Source: Takakia lepidozioides
Taxonomy: Eukaryota > Plantae > Bryophyta
Assembly: GCA_030704615.1 (NCBI GenBank)
Contig: CM060733.1
Location: forward strand, 23,994,001-24,058,000
Direction: 5' to 3'
Length of the DNA: 64,000 nt
Shown: piece after piece, positions 48,941-62,720 of the stretch
Layout of the letters: the number at the start of each line of letters is the position of its first letter
How positions within the stretch are numbered: the stretch's first letter is position 1
The notes under the pieces: model-generated
Told to the model about the DNA's origin: nothing
Seen by the model: only the letters and a program-made list of their open reading frames with translations
The model's database searches: none
Position numbers and translations under genes: made by a program

Positions 48941-50359
48941 CCCTACACTAAAAAAAACCCTAAAAAAAACCCTAATTACCCATCCACTATATCACTTTCC
49001 CCTTAATTACTAATCTTCATTGTACACTGTCAATATCGCAACAATCGGTTGGATTATGGGCAACTGTTCTCTTCATATAACCTTGTCACTGGCATGCCTA
49101 CAGGGACATCCTGCCCGCGGTAATGGGTGCCATCTGCGGAATTGCGTACAGTACTTTTTTTGAAAAATCCTAGGGCAGCACCGCTCATGTGAGCATACGC
49201 TCACCGCTCACAATCTAGCATCCCTCGTTGCTAAGTGCCGAGCACTTAGCCGTTCCACCATCGTGGCCGTGGTAGTGTAAAGTCGATCACTACCCTACGC
49301 TGCCATGGCTTAAGCTGCCCTGCCTTCGTGGCATTGGCATTTAGCCGTTATCATTTATCCCCCCCCCGTCCTTTGAAATTGTGTCCGCACAATTTCAGTG
49401 TTGGCCCTTGTTGTGTTTTCTTGGGTTAATGTATGGTGCTGGCAAACCCGTGAGCAAATCGAGGTCAACGCCCTTTAAGTGCTGGGGTGGCGGCAGCCCG
49501 CCCTCATACCATAGCCAAGCCTAGGCTATTGCCCATCTTATGTCCTTGGGGTGCCTTATTTTTAGGCCGCCATCATCATCATGTCATGGTATATTGCATA
49601 GTACGTAAAAAAAAAGCATCATTGATTAACCCTGGTGGGGTTAGCCTTCTATCCCACATGTTAGTGAGGTCCTCTTAGCTTTTCTAGGCTTGGAGGCCTT
49701 GTAGGACTAAGAAAATAAGCCTGAAAATCAATTTTAGTGAGAAAATAAATTTCCAACAACCTTAAAAAGCTTTTAAAAAAAACACTTACAAGGTGTTAGC
49801 CCATTCCCTCTCCTAAGGCGGGGGGGGGACTAATGCTTAACTACCAAGACAATGTTGAAGACTAAGATGAGCTTGAAAGACACAAAGCCTCACTCACTTG
49901 CTTCCAAAGAAAACAAAAACATGAAAAATAAATGAAGGTTTCCCACCAACTAGACAAGCATCTATCCAAGGGTTAGTTGGTAAGCTTCCATTGCTTTTTG
50001 GTTAGCTTCACACATAAAAAGAAGGCCTAGTGGCCAAAGGAAATGAACACCCACCCAAAACTAGAGACTCCACTGCATGGTTAGTACTTTATGGTTAGAT
50101 CTTTCCTTTCTTAGTCCATCAAGACAAAAAACAAGACTCAGAAAGCAAATGACAACTCCGTGGGCCTCTTGGCCACTATGGAGAGTTAGAAATCCCTCTT
50201 TCCCAAGCTCCCACCACTCCTTTGTTTGTAGGACCAAGCTAGGGTTAGTGCAAAGGACAAAATACAAAGCAAAAATGGACAAAGGTCCAGAGACTCTTTC
50301 TCTCCACTCAAAATGTTTTCAGTTGGCTAAGTGGACTACCAAAACCTAGGGGGAAGGGG

Positions 50360-51320
50360 TAGAGCTGAACTCTCCTATGGGGTTTGTTGCTCCTACCTCC
50401 TCTTCTCACTCTAAGGGCTCGCCACACTCTCAAGTTGAAACACACTCCGCTTTTTGGGGAAGATCTCTCATTTTCCACTTCTTTCTAGCATGCTTTATGT
50501 TGCATCTTCTGATGTGCATCGTGCCATGCTCTTATCTTGCGCAGGACCAGGGGCGGGTGCATGGCTTACAGCACGACCGAATATCACGCCGTTTCGTTTG
50601 TCGTCTCCAATCTTTGCCACGGCTCTCCACATTCGTCTTAGGTTACCACATCCTTCTGCGCTTGGCTTACAGCGCTATGTTTGTCACCAGCCCATTGATC
50701 CACTTGCTGTTCATCTCCTTCGTTGTCTATGTAGAGGAGACCATACAACGACTCATGATGTTGTGACGCCGTCGTTTTGGTTGCTCGAGAGGCTGGATAC
50801 CATGTATTGCGGTAGCAAACTCACATGCTTCCCTCTCGTACGCCTCAGTCCACTCGTCGGTGCGTCGACATCGTCTTATCTCGAGATGGTGTGCGTACCC
50901 TTGTAGATGTTGTCATTGCCGATTATACTCGATCTGACTTACTATCTCGATCGGCCTCTTCCCAAGGCATTGCCACTTTGATTGCTGCACAGACCAAGCA
51001 ACGAGACTATCAAGACCGTCATCCTACAGATGCGTTTCTTTCACTGGCTCTGAAGATCTTTGGATATCTTCACCGTCAGTTCGACGACTTTCTTCGTACT
51101 TGTGTTCATCATGCTGCTTAGAACAAGATCAATGGCATTCCCCATGCTTCCGTCTTCATAGCTTTCTATAGACAATGGGTTTCCGTAGCAGTATAGAGGG
51201 CACATGCTATGTCTATCTTGCATCGGGCCACTGTAGCTGGCATGGCTTCGTCTCATCTTTCTGCTGTTCCCGATGTCACACCCATTTCTTTGTCTGACGT
51301 GATTTTGGCAGTTGGATAGG
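50360..51320 (+). mobile_element. 5'-truncated second copy of the CRE-like LINE
   Basis: LLSCAGPGAGAWLTARP..HLLRC..THDVV..VDIVLSRDGVRTLVDVVIAD, homologous to 23590-24510. Confidence 0.85.
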
Positions 51321-51506
51321 ATGATCAGTTGGTTTGATTCTAGCGATGAGTCATTTCTGTGTGTCGGTTGTAACGGAATTTCGCAGAGACGGCGAGTTTC
51401 AAAGACTCGAGTGAAATTCTTATATTGGTTGAGCTCCTTGTCTTTGCTTTGTAGTTGTGTATGGATTGAATCATGATACCAGTGTTGTTAGAGAGGGGTG
51501 AGTGTA

Positions 51507-52360
51507 CCGTTCCTGGACAACCGTTTAGGCATTTTTGCGCCTAATAATTATTTAAACCAAACAGACTGCTTAGGCACGTTTCTCAAACCATTTCTCACAT
51601 TAGACATCTTCATACTGTAAGTTTTTAGAATTAGGCACATGATAAGAGAAAACATTTATTTTCTTAAGAATAAAATTACAAAATAGAAACCCAATGCCCA
51701 TGGACCCTTCCAGCCTCCAGCTACCCTTCATTTCCTTTGAAACCCTAAAAATGCCCCCACGCGGTGCTCCAAGCTCAAGCTCGTCTACTAGTGCTCACTA
51801 AGTCACTAGTCCGCACGCATATATTTGTATTGATTTTTGTTCAATGAAAATTTTATCTTATTACAAACAACATGAGAAGAGGCTTGAAAGTTTTCTGTTG
51901 GAATTTTTAGGCATTATGCACTTTGGTCCCATAGTTTCTGAACAATTAGGCCAAAATCTGAAAAATTCCCAGAATGCGTTAGGCACTTTCATTTTGGACT
52001 TAGGTAGAATTCGAGAGGAGCCCCTGCTACCGGATATAGCATGGAGCCAGGACCTACCGAGACACGTTAGCGGTGAGATGTCATGGCGACCTGCTATATC
52101 CGGTAGCAAGGGCTCCTCTCTCTGCGCTACCAGACATAACCAGTTTTTAGGGCAGCGAGCCAGTCCTGTTCATACCTACCGCCACGATATAGTAGGGAGC
52201 CAGGACCTACCGAGTCGCGTAGGTAGTTAGAATCTAGCAGGTCGTAGTATACCACATATAGCACCCCTCCTGAAATCCAGTAGAAACACGCCACATCAGC
52301 GAGTCTGCTCTAAAAATCGGTTATGAATTAATTATCGCCTAAATGGTTGTCCAGGCACTG
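51507..52360. mobile_element. Non-autonomous Tc1/mariner-type element (MITE)
   Basis: TA on both sides (51505-51506 and 52361-52362); ~24-bp imperfect TIRs CCGTTCCTGGACAACCGTTTAGGC and GCCTAAATGGTTGTCCAGGCACTG; internal inverted repeat at ~52014-52120. Confidence 0.75.
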
Positions 52361-52419
52361 TATGTGACAAAACAAAAGGGAACAGAAATTACTACAGAAA
52401 GCCTTCACACAAGCAAGCT

Positions 52420-53570
52420 ACCTAAGAGGGCCGGATTTCAAGCTGAAGATTCCCTGTGGATCCATAGTTGCAAGAAACCTGCATGTGTAGATGGTCAACT
52501 GGAAGCCGCAGCACCAGTGGCACAATTGATATACTCAGGCACTGCTAATGAAGGTACCTTCTTCAACACATTTCACCCTTTTTCCCCCTCTTATCAGATT
52601 CGGCCCTAAAATTCCATGTTGAATTCTGCAAATTAGCTGGTTGAGTGGGGAGCCCTGGAAAAGTGCAAAGAGGTGCATGGTGACATCGTCAAATCTGGAA
52701 TTGTACCCGATGTCATTCTGGTGTGAAGCCCAACCACATCACATTTGTTTGTGTTTGCAATGCATGTGCGAGCCTGGCAGCCCTCAAAAAGGGCAAAGAG
52801 GTCCATGGTGACATCATCAAAGCAGGAATTGTACCAGATGTCATTCTGAACAATACCCTGGTGGACATGAATGTTAGATGTGGGTGCATCGAGGATGCCA
52901 ACGGAGTTTTCGACAGTATGGCTGAACGAATGTGGTGTTGTGGAGTGCGATGATTGCAGGATATGCACAGCAAGGGTCAAGGATGGAGGCTTTGGAGACC
53001 TATGAGCAAATGATGTGCGAAGGGGTGAAGCCCAACCACATCACATTTGTTTGTGTTTGCAGTGCGTGTTCAAGCCTGGGAGCCCTGGAAAAGGGGAAAG
53101 AGGTGCATCGTTGCATCGCGAAAGCTGGAATTGTATCAGATGTCATTCTGAACAATACCCTCGTGGACATGTATGCCAAATGTGGGAGGCATTTCAGCAG
53201 ATTCAGATACGGTTGTCTGTCTCTTGCTTAAGTGCATCAAGATGAAAGGTCTGGAATCTAGAAAGCAGGGGCACACTCACATTATCCAAAGTGGATTCAC
53301 GCCAAGGATGCGAAGGGAGTTTTCAACACTATGGCTGAACAAGATGTGGTGTCGTGGCACGCGATGCTTGCAGGGTATGCACAGCAGGGACGTGGGATTA
53401 CATGGCTTTGGAGACCTATGATCAAATGATGGGGGAAGGGGTGAAGCCCAACCACATCACGTTTGTGTGTGATTGCAATGCTTGTGCAAGCCTGGCAGCC
53501 CTGGAAAAGGGTAAAGAGGTCCATGGTGACATTTGCCAAAGCTGGAATTGTACCAGATGTCATTCTGAAC
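52420..53570 (+). pseudogene. Scrambled PDF + PPR pseudogene
   Basis: SLWIHSCKKPACVDGQLEAAA followed by frameshifted P-L-S repeats. Confidence 0.85.
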
Positions 53571-56500
53571 TCTTCGAATGTTGCTACTGCTGTTGAACTG
53601 TCTCGATGGATTTTATCATAGCTCGTTTGAATACTCGGGACTGACAGTATTATCACATTTTATCCACAATCTTGATTTAATCCTGGTCCTTTTATTCATG
53701 ATTGAAATAGAAATTATGTGCTTTCACTCTGCAGTGTACTCCAGAAAATAAAGACGTCAAGATTGGTCTGGTTTCATTTTTCCAGGGTGCTGAGAGAGTA
53801 GCTGATGCCTTGAAGCGGAACAAGTCGATATCCACAATTGACGTAGTAATTTCACACCTGGTGTCCCTGAATGGTGTAGGTTTGTAGGCATGACTTGATC
53901 AAGTGGTCTTTGAAGGAGCAGGGTACTGCGTAGCCTTCTGGCAGTACTACTCTAGGTCTAATGGTATGGGGATGACCCCTATCTGCCCATCAGAAACAAG
54001 ACAATTGCGAAATGACTCGACATTCCAAAAATGTGCTGTCAAGCCGAAAAGCAATGTACTTCTGTTGAAAGCTGTAGGTGTAAGTAGGTCTTTTCAAATG
54101 TACAGTTGCTTGAAGTGTCGTGCTTCAGATGTTTCACAGTTGAACATTGTATGCAGGAAGACATCTATTGGAGGTGCAGCCAGCTCCTGTATCTGAGCGA
54201 ACTCCGATTGAATGAGGTAGTAACAGTCCAAGCCCATCACCAACCAACTGTACTCCCTCTAGAATTGCCTGTCCACTTGAATTGGTTGACCCCAATTCAT
54301 AGCCCTCCCCTGAGCAGGGAATCAACTTCATTCCTAGAGTAGAATGGACTTGGCTGGGCTTGGAGTCCTGTGAATTGCACCCATGGACAATCTCCAGTTC
54401 ATTTTCAGTCAAATTCAATGACTTCAGACATTTGGTGTCTCTATCCGATATAGTGATGTCCTCCCTAATTTCTACTTCACCACTGCTCTTCAGCCTTTGA
54501 AAGCTTCTTCTCTTTGTGGTATAATAGGAACTTCTAGGCAGTTGTGTCAACCGCTCTTGTTCCTTGACTAAACTCAATCGTCTGAGAGCTTCCCTCAATA
54601 GCTGAACTACAACCTTCGGGTCAGATTTATCCAGCAGGGTCAAGACCTGCGACTTGGATTCAGATCCTTCAAAATCTATTCTACCCTATCCTGCCAGGAC
54701 TTAACCTGGGCAAATAGAGTCTTTGTTGTATTGGAGTTTTTTTGTGACAAGCACTTTGCACCTGACTTCCCAGCAAAGCGGTGGAGCATCAACCTCGGTC
54801 TGGTTGGGTTACCTTCACTGATTGACCATGGTTATTGGCTTGTTGCATTGATTGGTCCTCTATCCATGGATGCGATTGGTCTTCACTGTTCTCACACAAC
54901 ATCCTAAATATGAGACGAAATTAAGACTTGCAATTGTTTGTGGTTGATGGCAGGAACCTATTTACTATGGTGCAATAAACACTATGGAAAAGCTTGTGAA
55001 GGAGCTCAAGTTCTCAACCACGACTGTTGAAAGAGCTGTGAAATGCTGTCATAAGTGCCCGCACCCAAAATGGTAATAGCTCAACTTCCACATTCTAAAG
55101 TGAAAACACTAATGTTTAGCATGACATTTGCAGACACCCCAGTGTGGAATGCACAAGAGATCCAAATTGCTGATCTGATAGATTTTCTTCAGGGTCATGG
55201 CGAAGAGTGTTTTTGGGGTTCTACATTATAGTTGTACTTTGTCAAAAGGTTTAAAGACAAATTTTTCTAAGCTCTTAAACATTTGATATACACAAATGAA
55301 ACAACTAAACAGCATGTTGAGAATGATGGATGCTCACAGGTGAAATGAGAGAAAGATTGTCCAAGTTACACATGGAGATCATTGAGGGGAAGACCCTTGC
55401 AGGAGTGCTACGCCGTGCTTTTAAAGTCACAGGTATTTGTTTGAGACTATCCCACGCATATGAGAAACAATTGATTGGTTCCTTTCTATGTTGGGTCTAG
55501 TAGGTGGCATATCTTCTTCAAAACTTAACCTCATCTCACCCAATTATTGCTAGTTTTCAAACACTAGCAAGATAAGGTGTTTGTGAGTTTCTGCAAGCAA
55601 TCATACATCTATGCTAGAAAGCAGGGCTCTAAGATTCAGAGACACTTCTTATTGCCTGTTGACCCCTTATTGGTAACAGTAACTTTCAATGGATTGAATA
55701 CAAAATTGATTAAGAGCCTTCTTGAAGTTGGGAGTGTATGAACAAAGGGAATTGTCATCTAGTAGAGAGAATAGTCAGAGAGCAACTGGATGGCCCCTTG
55801 CTTTGCTTGGGGCGGTTTAGTATTCCACAAGAGGTAGGCGAAAAGGTGAAAAGGTGGGACTCTGTACATAGATTCTGCTTAAAGAATTTGACAATGCTGA
55901 GTCAACAGGTTGTGGATCAATGTTCTGCTGAACTGTGGGATATGTAAATGTCAGATGTGTGTGTGGCCTAAACTGGCAGCCAGTGGGCCGAGATCTCAGA
56001 ACATTGATGGCAGGACCCTATTTACTATGGTGCAATAAACACTGTGGGGTATATCCTGTTGCATATGACCATTTCTAAGGACATAGTAGAGATTGTACTC
56101 ATAAGACGTTGTTTGCCGTAGCCTGGACATAGTAGAGAGACAAGGAAAGAGATGCTACAATGTCTGTAGAGGGCTGTGAGGGCTTACGGGGCTAAGTATA
56201 ACAACAACATAACCACAATAGGAGAGAAGTTGAACTTGATAATGTACACCAGAAGCCCAAAGAGCTTATGGGACAATGAATGCTAAGAATAAGGGAAGAA
56301 GAAGGATATCAATAAAAGGCTTGTATTTCTTGGGTGGCAGAGCAGGGGGTAGGTGGGTTGGGGGAGGTTTGCGTTATGTGGACTGGAGGAGAAGGTTTAG
56401 TTGGGAATCTTGAGTTTTTAGAAGTTTTGAGGGAGGAATGCGATAGAAAATTAAACAAGCATATCAACTAAATGACTTGTTGAAAAATTCAGCAATAATT

Positions 56501-58540
56501 ACAGCAATGCCTATGTTATGCAGATCAAAGTTGACTCTTGTCTCATGGATGCAGATTTTCTACACCATTCGCCTTTACAGTATCACCGATCCAAAAAAGG
56601 AAGTGCTGGTAAGAGAGACATTTTTCTCTCTTATTGTGATTTTTTTCTCTCCAGTCTCTTGTCCATTGCAAACTGGAAAGGCCTAATTGTCATTTAAAGC
56701 TGCACCATGTGGGCTGATTTGAATATTGTCCTCGCAGTGTGCTCATGACTCGCTGCAGATATGAAATGCGTTTGTTATGTACATTTCCGTATTTGTTGTG
56801 AAGATCAGATTTCCTGGCCATAAAGCTACTAAGAAATGAAACTCTCTCTTGGCAAAGTTATGTAATTCATGTAACAAGGCGAGCTCTATAATTCACGTAA
56901 CAATAGGGTAGGATTGGCATATGGGCTGTGTTTGTCATTGTTTATGTCCTCACTTCTCGGAGAGATTCTGTGTTTGGCGAGGAAGTTGTGCCTATCAAGC
57001 ATCCAACATGCATGCATGCATGCATGCATGGTCACGTTGAGGTTCAGAGTTTTGTAGCAGGGGTAAATGTTGTGCTCTAGTCAGATTTGTAAGCTACAGT
57101 GCTAAGGTTAGGATCTATAGATGTCAAGTTAGATGGTGTCATGTCATTTAGGTTTGGCGTCTTCATCTCAAAGTTGACAAAGTTTTTGTTGCGATGTGTA
57201 GGTTACCTTTGACGACATAAGATTCTTGACCCACAAAAGGGGGGGGGAACTGTTCAACATCCCACCGATTTATACTTCCATTTGCCTGTCTCTCTCTCTC
57301 TGTATGGGCGGCAAACAACGTTTTAAAGAGTACATTCTGGCCCTCTCTACCTGCACCATACATATTTTTTTGGATGAATGCCGTTTGGCATTCTTACGAC
57401 ATATTTTATTGGATGAATTTCCGTCACAAAAAACATGGACTTTCATTCCAATTAAAAGGGGTCACATTGTTGGCCAAAGCACCAGAGGAAACAAAGTCGA
57501 ACGAAGACAACTGGAGCATAAGCATAGCTTGGTAGCGCTTAAATCAGACACCTGTAAACGTTTCAAAGCAAATATCCATGTAAGGGCCACTCGTATTTTA
57601 TAAAGACCATCCTTCTTCTCCTCTTCAAAACGTCTTCAATTGTCTTTATTTTGTCCCAATACATGTTCACAACGGATAATCAATAAATACATATTCATCA
57701 TAGTCCAAATGTACTTGTTATACCAAGACGACCCATGGAAAACCCCTTCAACCCCACCCCCCCCCCGGCCCACCAATCAAAACTACGTGATCGAGATTTT
57801 TGCAAGATGCATGATGCGTAGTCTCTCTCATAAAGCACTTTGCATTTTTTCTCTTTGCATTTTTTCTCTTTGTATTTATCGTGCCGTCAAAAACCAGAAT
57901 TCATCGCTTGGCCGGGCGGGGCATTACACTAGCCTGTAATGCATTGGGTAGCGAGGCTGGTGCATTACACGCCTCTCATTTTTGAATAATTGGGAGTTTA
58001 TGTCGCGCGTGTGGGACAGGGCGCGCACGCCCGCACGGACACGGGGTCGCCCTCCCCCGCCCCGCCCACCCCCACGTGCCAGCCGCGCACCGTGGTTGGC
58101 TGCCCCGCAGCCGTCCGCGACCCTGCCCGCACGTCGCCCAGCCCGCCCCCGGACCGCGGCCCCCGCCCGCCCGCCTTCGCCGCTGGATCCGCCCGCCATC
58201 GAGTCCCCAGTGGGTCTGCCCTTGCTGGGGTCTGCCCAAGCTCGGTCCGCGAGGTCTGCCGCCAAGCAGCCCGATCCGGCAGACCCAAACGCACCCTAGA
58301 TGATGTGCCGCCCATCTCACCGTGATGCCGCGCTGCTATCGTAGCCGCCCGGATTTAGGGCATGGCAGCAGCCGCCAATTGTGGGCGAAGACTGTCTCAT
58401 CGATCTTTCCCTCCCTCTGGTCTGTTCCTGCCAACGCGCTTCCGTCCTGCCAAGAACGTGCGTGATGTCGTCCTTCGCTTCCACTTTTCCAGGTCGTATT
58501 GCAGGTGCTTTCGAGTGCGCGAAGGGGTACTGCAGTGTAT

Positions 58541-61500
58541 ATGGCAGCGGTCGTCGATGCCCAACCAGAAAGCTTTCTTATACGTCCACTGCGACAATGT
58601 CTTCAAACACCAAAAGATGAGCCATTTTCCTGCAAAGACCTTTACTGGAAGAACGAGAGTCGCTCTAGATACATGGGCTCTCAAGTGCGGGTCCGCACGG
58701 CCTGTATTCCCTGGCAGAGAGTGCCCGACTTTGTACTTGGAGAGGAGAGTAGAGATGGGTGTTCTACCCAATTTTACATAAATGTGCATGTTAACGCGAA
58801 GCCCGGACCGCGAAGAGCTCCAAGAGCTAACACATATCTAACCTCTGTCATGTCTGTACCATATTCCCGCATTGCCTCTTTGTTCATGCCCTGTGCTTGT
58901 GCTTGCCGGACATGTACATGCATGATATGTAAATAGGGTTTAGGCTGTCCTACATGCTTGCAGAACTCCATAGGTGTCGATGACATACGACCCTGTCCGG
59001 GTATCAGTGTTGCTATGGACTAGAGGACAAGCGCACCAACAATTTGACTGTCACGGATCCTAAAGTCAAGCGAGGAGGTCCGGACGTTGGGGCTGGAAGC
59101 ATTAATCCTCACAAAGGTCCAAGACGAAAGAAAGCCAATATGACAAGTCTTACAAGCGTGGGTGTCTCTGTTGTTTCAAAGTCTCGCAATGTTATCTTGC
59201 TCGAGACATTGGGGTCATCACATATTATAACAACACGCAACACCTAGATGTGTCCGGAAAACCCTCTCATGGCGGATATGCTGAGTTCTAGTTCAGCCGA
59301 TATGCTTATGCTCCACATATTAGCGAGGAGCTCAAAAAGTGGATCATGGAATGCTTGTCTCGAGGCTTGAGTGTCGCCCAAGTCATGATTGAACACAAGG
59401 AGCACGTCTTGCAGAACAGTGGCTTGGGAGACGCATGGACACGCGACGACTTTCTCCTCGAGCAAGATGTCCAAAATCTCGCTGAAAAACGAGCCTGGCA
59501 GACCTTCAAAAAACACGCTGATGACGCACAATCCGTGCGTATGTGGAAAGATCAAAACCCGGACTCGGTCTTCTTCTACCAGGAGGAATCATTGGCACCC
59601 ACATTTCAACATTTTGATGGAGATTTGACCTTCACCATTGGGATTCAGACTCCTTGGCAGCGGCAGAAGATGTTGGACTTGGGCCATGCGCGCATCGTAG
59701 CTTGTGACGCTACATTTGGAACTAACCATCACAAGGTCTGCCATGGACCCTCTCCACGGGCTTCTGCTAGCATGATAGCATACTACAATGGTCTCCCACT
59801 CTTGTGGTGCATTGCTTATTCGTCCTCAATCCCGATAGACCTAACTGTTGTAGACCCTGTCTCGGTACACCCTGTTCCAGCAGACCTTCCACTGCACTCT
59901 GTTTTAGGGCAGACCCTTTTGCGTGTTCACCCTGTTACAGTAGACCCTATGCGTGTTCACCAAGTTGCAATACATCATGTGCGTTTTCACCCTATTGCAG
60001 TAGACCCTGTGCCTGTCGGTACGACACTGGTCTGCTAATTACAAATTGTCATTTCATGCAGTTGCCCTTGTACACGTTGATGGTGTTCAACCAATGGTTG
60101 AACGGAATTCCGGTTGCATACATTTTCTCAGCACGCAATCGAACATCAGACCTTATCCCGTGGATGCTAGCATTGCGTGATGCCCTCCTTCAGGAAAAGC
60201 CCAACTGGCGGCCAAATGCCTTCATTGTCGACGACGCTGAAGCAGAAATCAATGCAATCCGGTATGCCACATCTCAATCTGCCCTATGGTCTGTTGTATG
60301 GTCCGCTGCAAGGTCTGCCATGTTTGGTCTGGTATGCCACATCTCATTCTGCCCTATGGTCCGCTTCAGGGTCTGCTATATGGTCTGCCCTGTTTAATCT
60401 CATGCTTGTGGCAGTGCTGAATACAAATGCCTGGTTCAGGCACTTCTGACTTTGTGGCCGCATGCAGGTCTGTTTTCACAGGAGTATGCATTTTCCTTTG
60501 CCTTTGGCATGTACGGAAGGCATGGGTCAAGCAATCATGCCAGAAAATCAGTGATCCGGGAACATCCACGAAACTATTGGCAGATATGGGCGACCTTATG
60601 TACTGCAGAGGTGGACCGCAGAAAGAAGACAAAGTTGTGAAATGGGTTAAGAAAAAATTGAAGGCAATGAAAAAGAAATATCCGTCTAGTCAGTTGTTCC
60701 TCCACTACATTCATGTGTACTGGGTTCCCAAAATTGCTATGTGGTGTACTGCTGCCCGCAACATTCCACATGCAAGCCAAGATACTAATGCGAGCATTGA
60801 GGCATACCACGGAAACTTAAAGGCGAGACTTAATATGGGCAAAGGCAAAATGACCGGTCGAAGAGCCGATTGGCTCATATGGGAGTTGACTGGGCGTGTA
60901 CAGGTCCACTACTGGTACGGCATTCATCTGAAGATGCATGGGTTTATTCGTAACGATAAACAGGAAAAGCACATTTCCAGTGCAATATGTGCAGCCCGTG
61001 ACATACCTCTTTCACGTGTGACTTTGCCTGCAGCGCCTGGGCAGCCTGCTTACGTCATCAGCTCCTCTGATCCGAATACAACGTACACCGTGTTCAATCT
61101 AGAGTCGCAGTGGGCCTGCTGCACCTGCCCGTGGGCGCTGAAAGGCAATATGTGCAAGCACCAGGTTCGAGTCATAAAGTTGCTAAAACCAGACCTGCAA
61201 GACGGTCTCATTGTCCGGACATGTGGTTCCCACTTCGGTACTGTTCACGGTGGGCTGGAGAATTTGGACGAATACGACGACATGGCAGCATATGACTTCA
61301 AAAGCGGTAACCTGCGTGCAAGTGCAACCCCGAACATGGCAGAGTCATTGCTCACGACAGACCTGTTGGAAGCTATTTTGAAACGGGAGATAACCGACCT
61401 GCTTGACCTTGTACACAACGACGCATACCTTATACACCATTGCTTGTCTGCGGTGCGTGTTTGCCGAGGGCAGATGCAGGACATCCTCGTCAAAAAAGCT

Positions 61501-61731
61501 TCCGACATGTTACACCCGGCTGCAGCACGAGCGTTTAATCGTGTAAAAGACAACAACAACATGTCATTGAAGAGGAAAAAAGATTTTGTGGAACATTTTC
61601 AAGCTCGGCGGAAAATGAAACTAAATGGGGGGAAACGTGTGTCTGCCCTTCCCCCTGTTAGCCATATTTACTCGGCTCTGAGGCGGGTGTCTTATCGTCC
61701 AGAATTGAGAAAGATGGATCAATCTAACTAA
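58541..61731 (+). mobile_element. Mutator-like (MULE) DDE transposase with SWIM zinc finger; intron-containing, probably disabled
   Basis: CDATFGTN, LYTLMVF..GIPVAY, FIVDDAEAE, CLWHV, NASIEAYH and SWIM CTCPWALKGNMCKH. GT-AG introns 59736-60061 and 60262-60467. Stop and frameshift near 59150-59290. Confidence 0.85.
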
Positions 61732-61739
61732 GGAAATGA

Positions 61740-62720
61740 CCTGCAGTTGTCCAATGCGGTAGATCAATTCTCACCTGCAGTAGACCGGATCGGCAGACCA
61801 TTATTGCAGACCACCTGCAGTAGACCAGATCGGCAGACCGTTATCGCATACCGCCTGAAGTAGACCAATTCGGCAGACCATAATCGGACACCACCTGTAG
61901 TAGACTAGATCGGCAGACCATGATTGCACACCACCTGCAGTAGACCAACATTGACTTGTAATAGACCAATGCGGCAGAGCATCTGCGACTCCCTTAATGT
62001 GCGTTTGAAAGGTTTGATGAAGGAGACCATGAAGTCAAAAAATGAGCCAAAGTGAACCAGTAAACGAATGTAGTAAAGTAATGAAGCAAACATAGTTCAT
62101 TGAAGCAGACCAAAGACAGTACACTGGACTAACGATGGGACTGACTTGTGCCCCACATTTGGCCGACCACCGAATTTAGTGGGTCTGTGGTGGTCGGTGG
62201 TCGGTGGACCAGCGAGCAGACCAGCAACCGTGGTCCAAACTCAGTCCACTCCGTGGAGGTAGCAGACCAATAACATTAATTCAGTAGTAGACCACATCCA
62301 GGAGTACTACATACATCGACAGATCAATAACATCGGACCAACACACCACGTGGATCACTACTCTATACAAAACGTCGACCAAAAGTAGAAGTAGTAAACC
62401 ACGACAGCAGACTCATGAAATGTTCCACAGACCATATAAAGCAGACCAATACAATATAGGGGTAGCCCAAGACAGTACACTCGACTAACGATGGGACTAA
62501 CCTGTGCCACCGAATTTGGCATACCACTATTTCATGGAGGAGACCAACAACCGTGGTCCAAATTAAGTCCACTCCGTGGAGATAGCAGACCAATGACTTC
62601 AGAAGCAGACCACGGCCAGGAGTACAACATACATCGGCTCACAAATAGACCACGTGGAGCACAACTCAATACAAAACATCGAACAGAAATGTTTAGCAGT
62701 AGACCACGATAGCAGACTAA
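61740..62720. repeat. Degenerate tandem GTAGACC/GCAGACC-rich repeats downstream of the MULE ORF
   Basis: ~40-bp units at 61770-61950 and longer duplicated blocks at 62100-62720. Confidence 0.6.

Noticed and set aside
54134-54643. 169-aa ORF
   Set aside because: Non-ATG start, no recognisable motif, neighbouring frames contain stops.
57924-58325. Several overlapping Pro/Arg/Gly-rich ORFs (similar ones at 30598-30997)
   Set aside because: These arise from very GC-rich non-coding sequence and show no domain signal.
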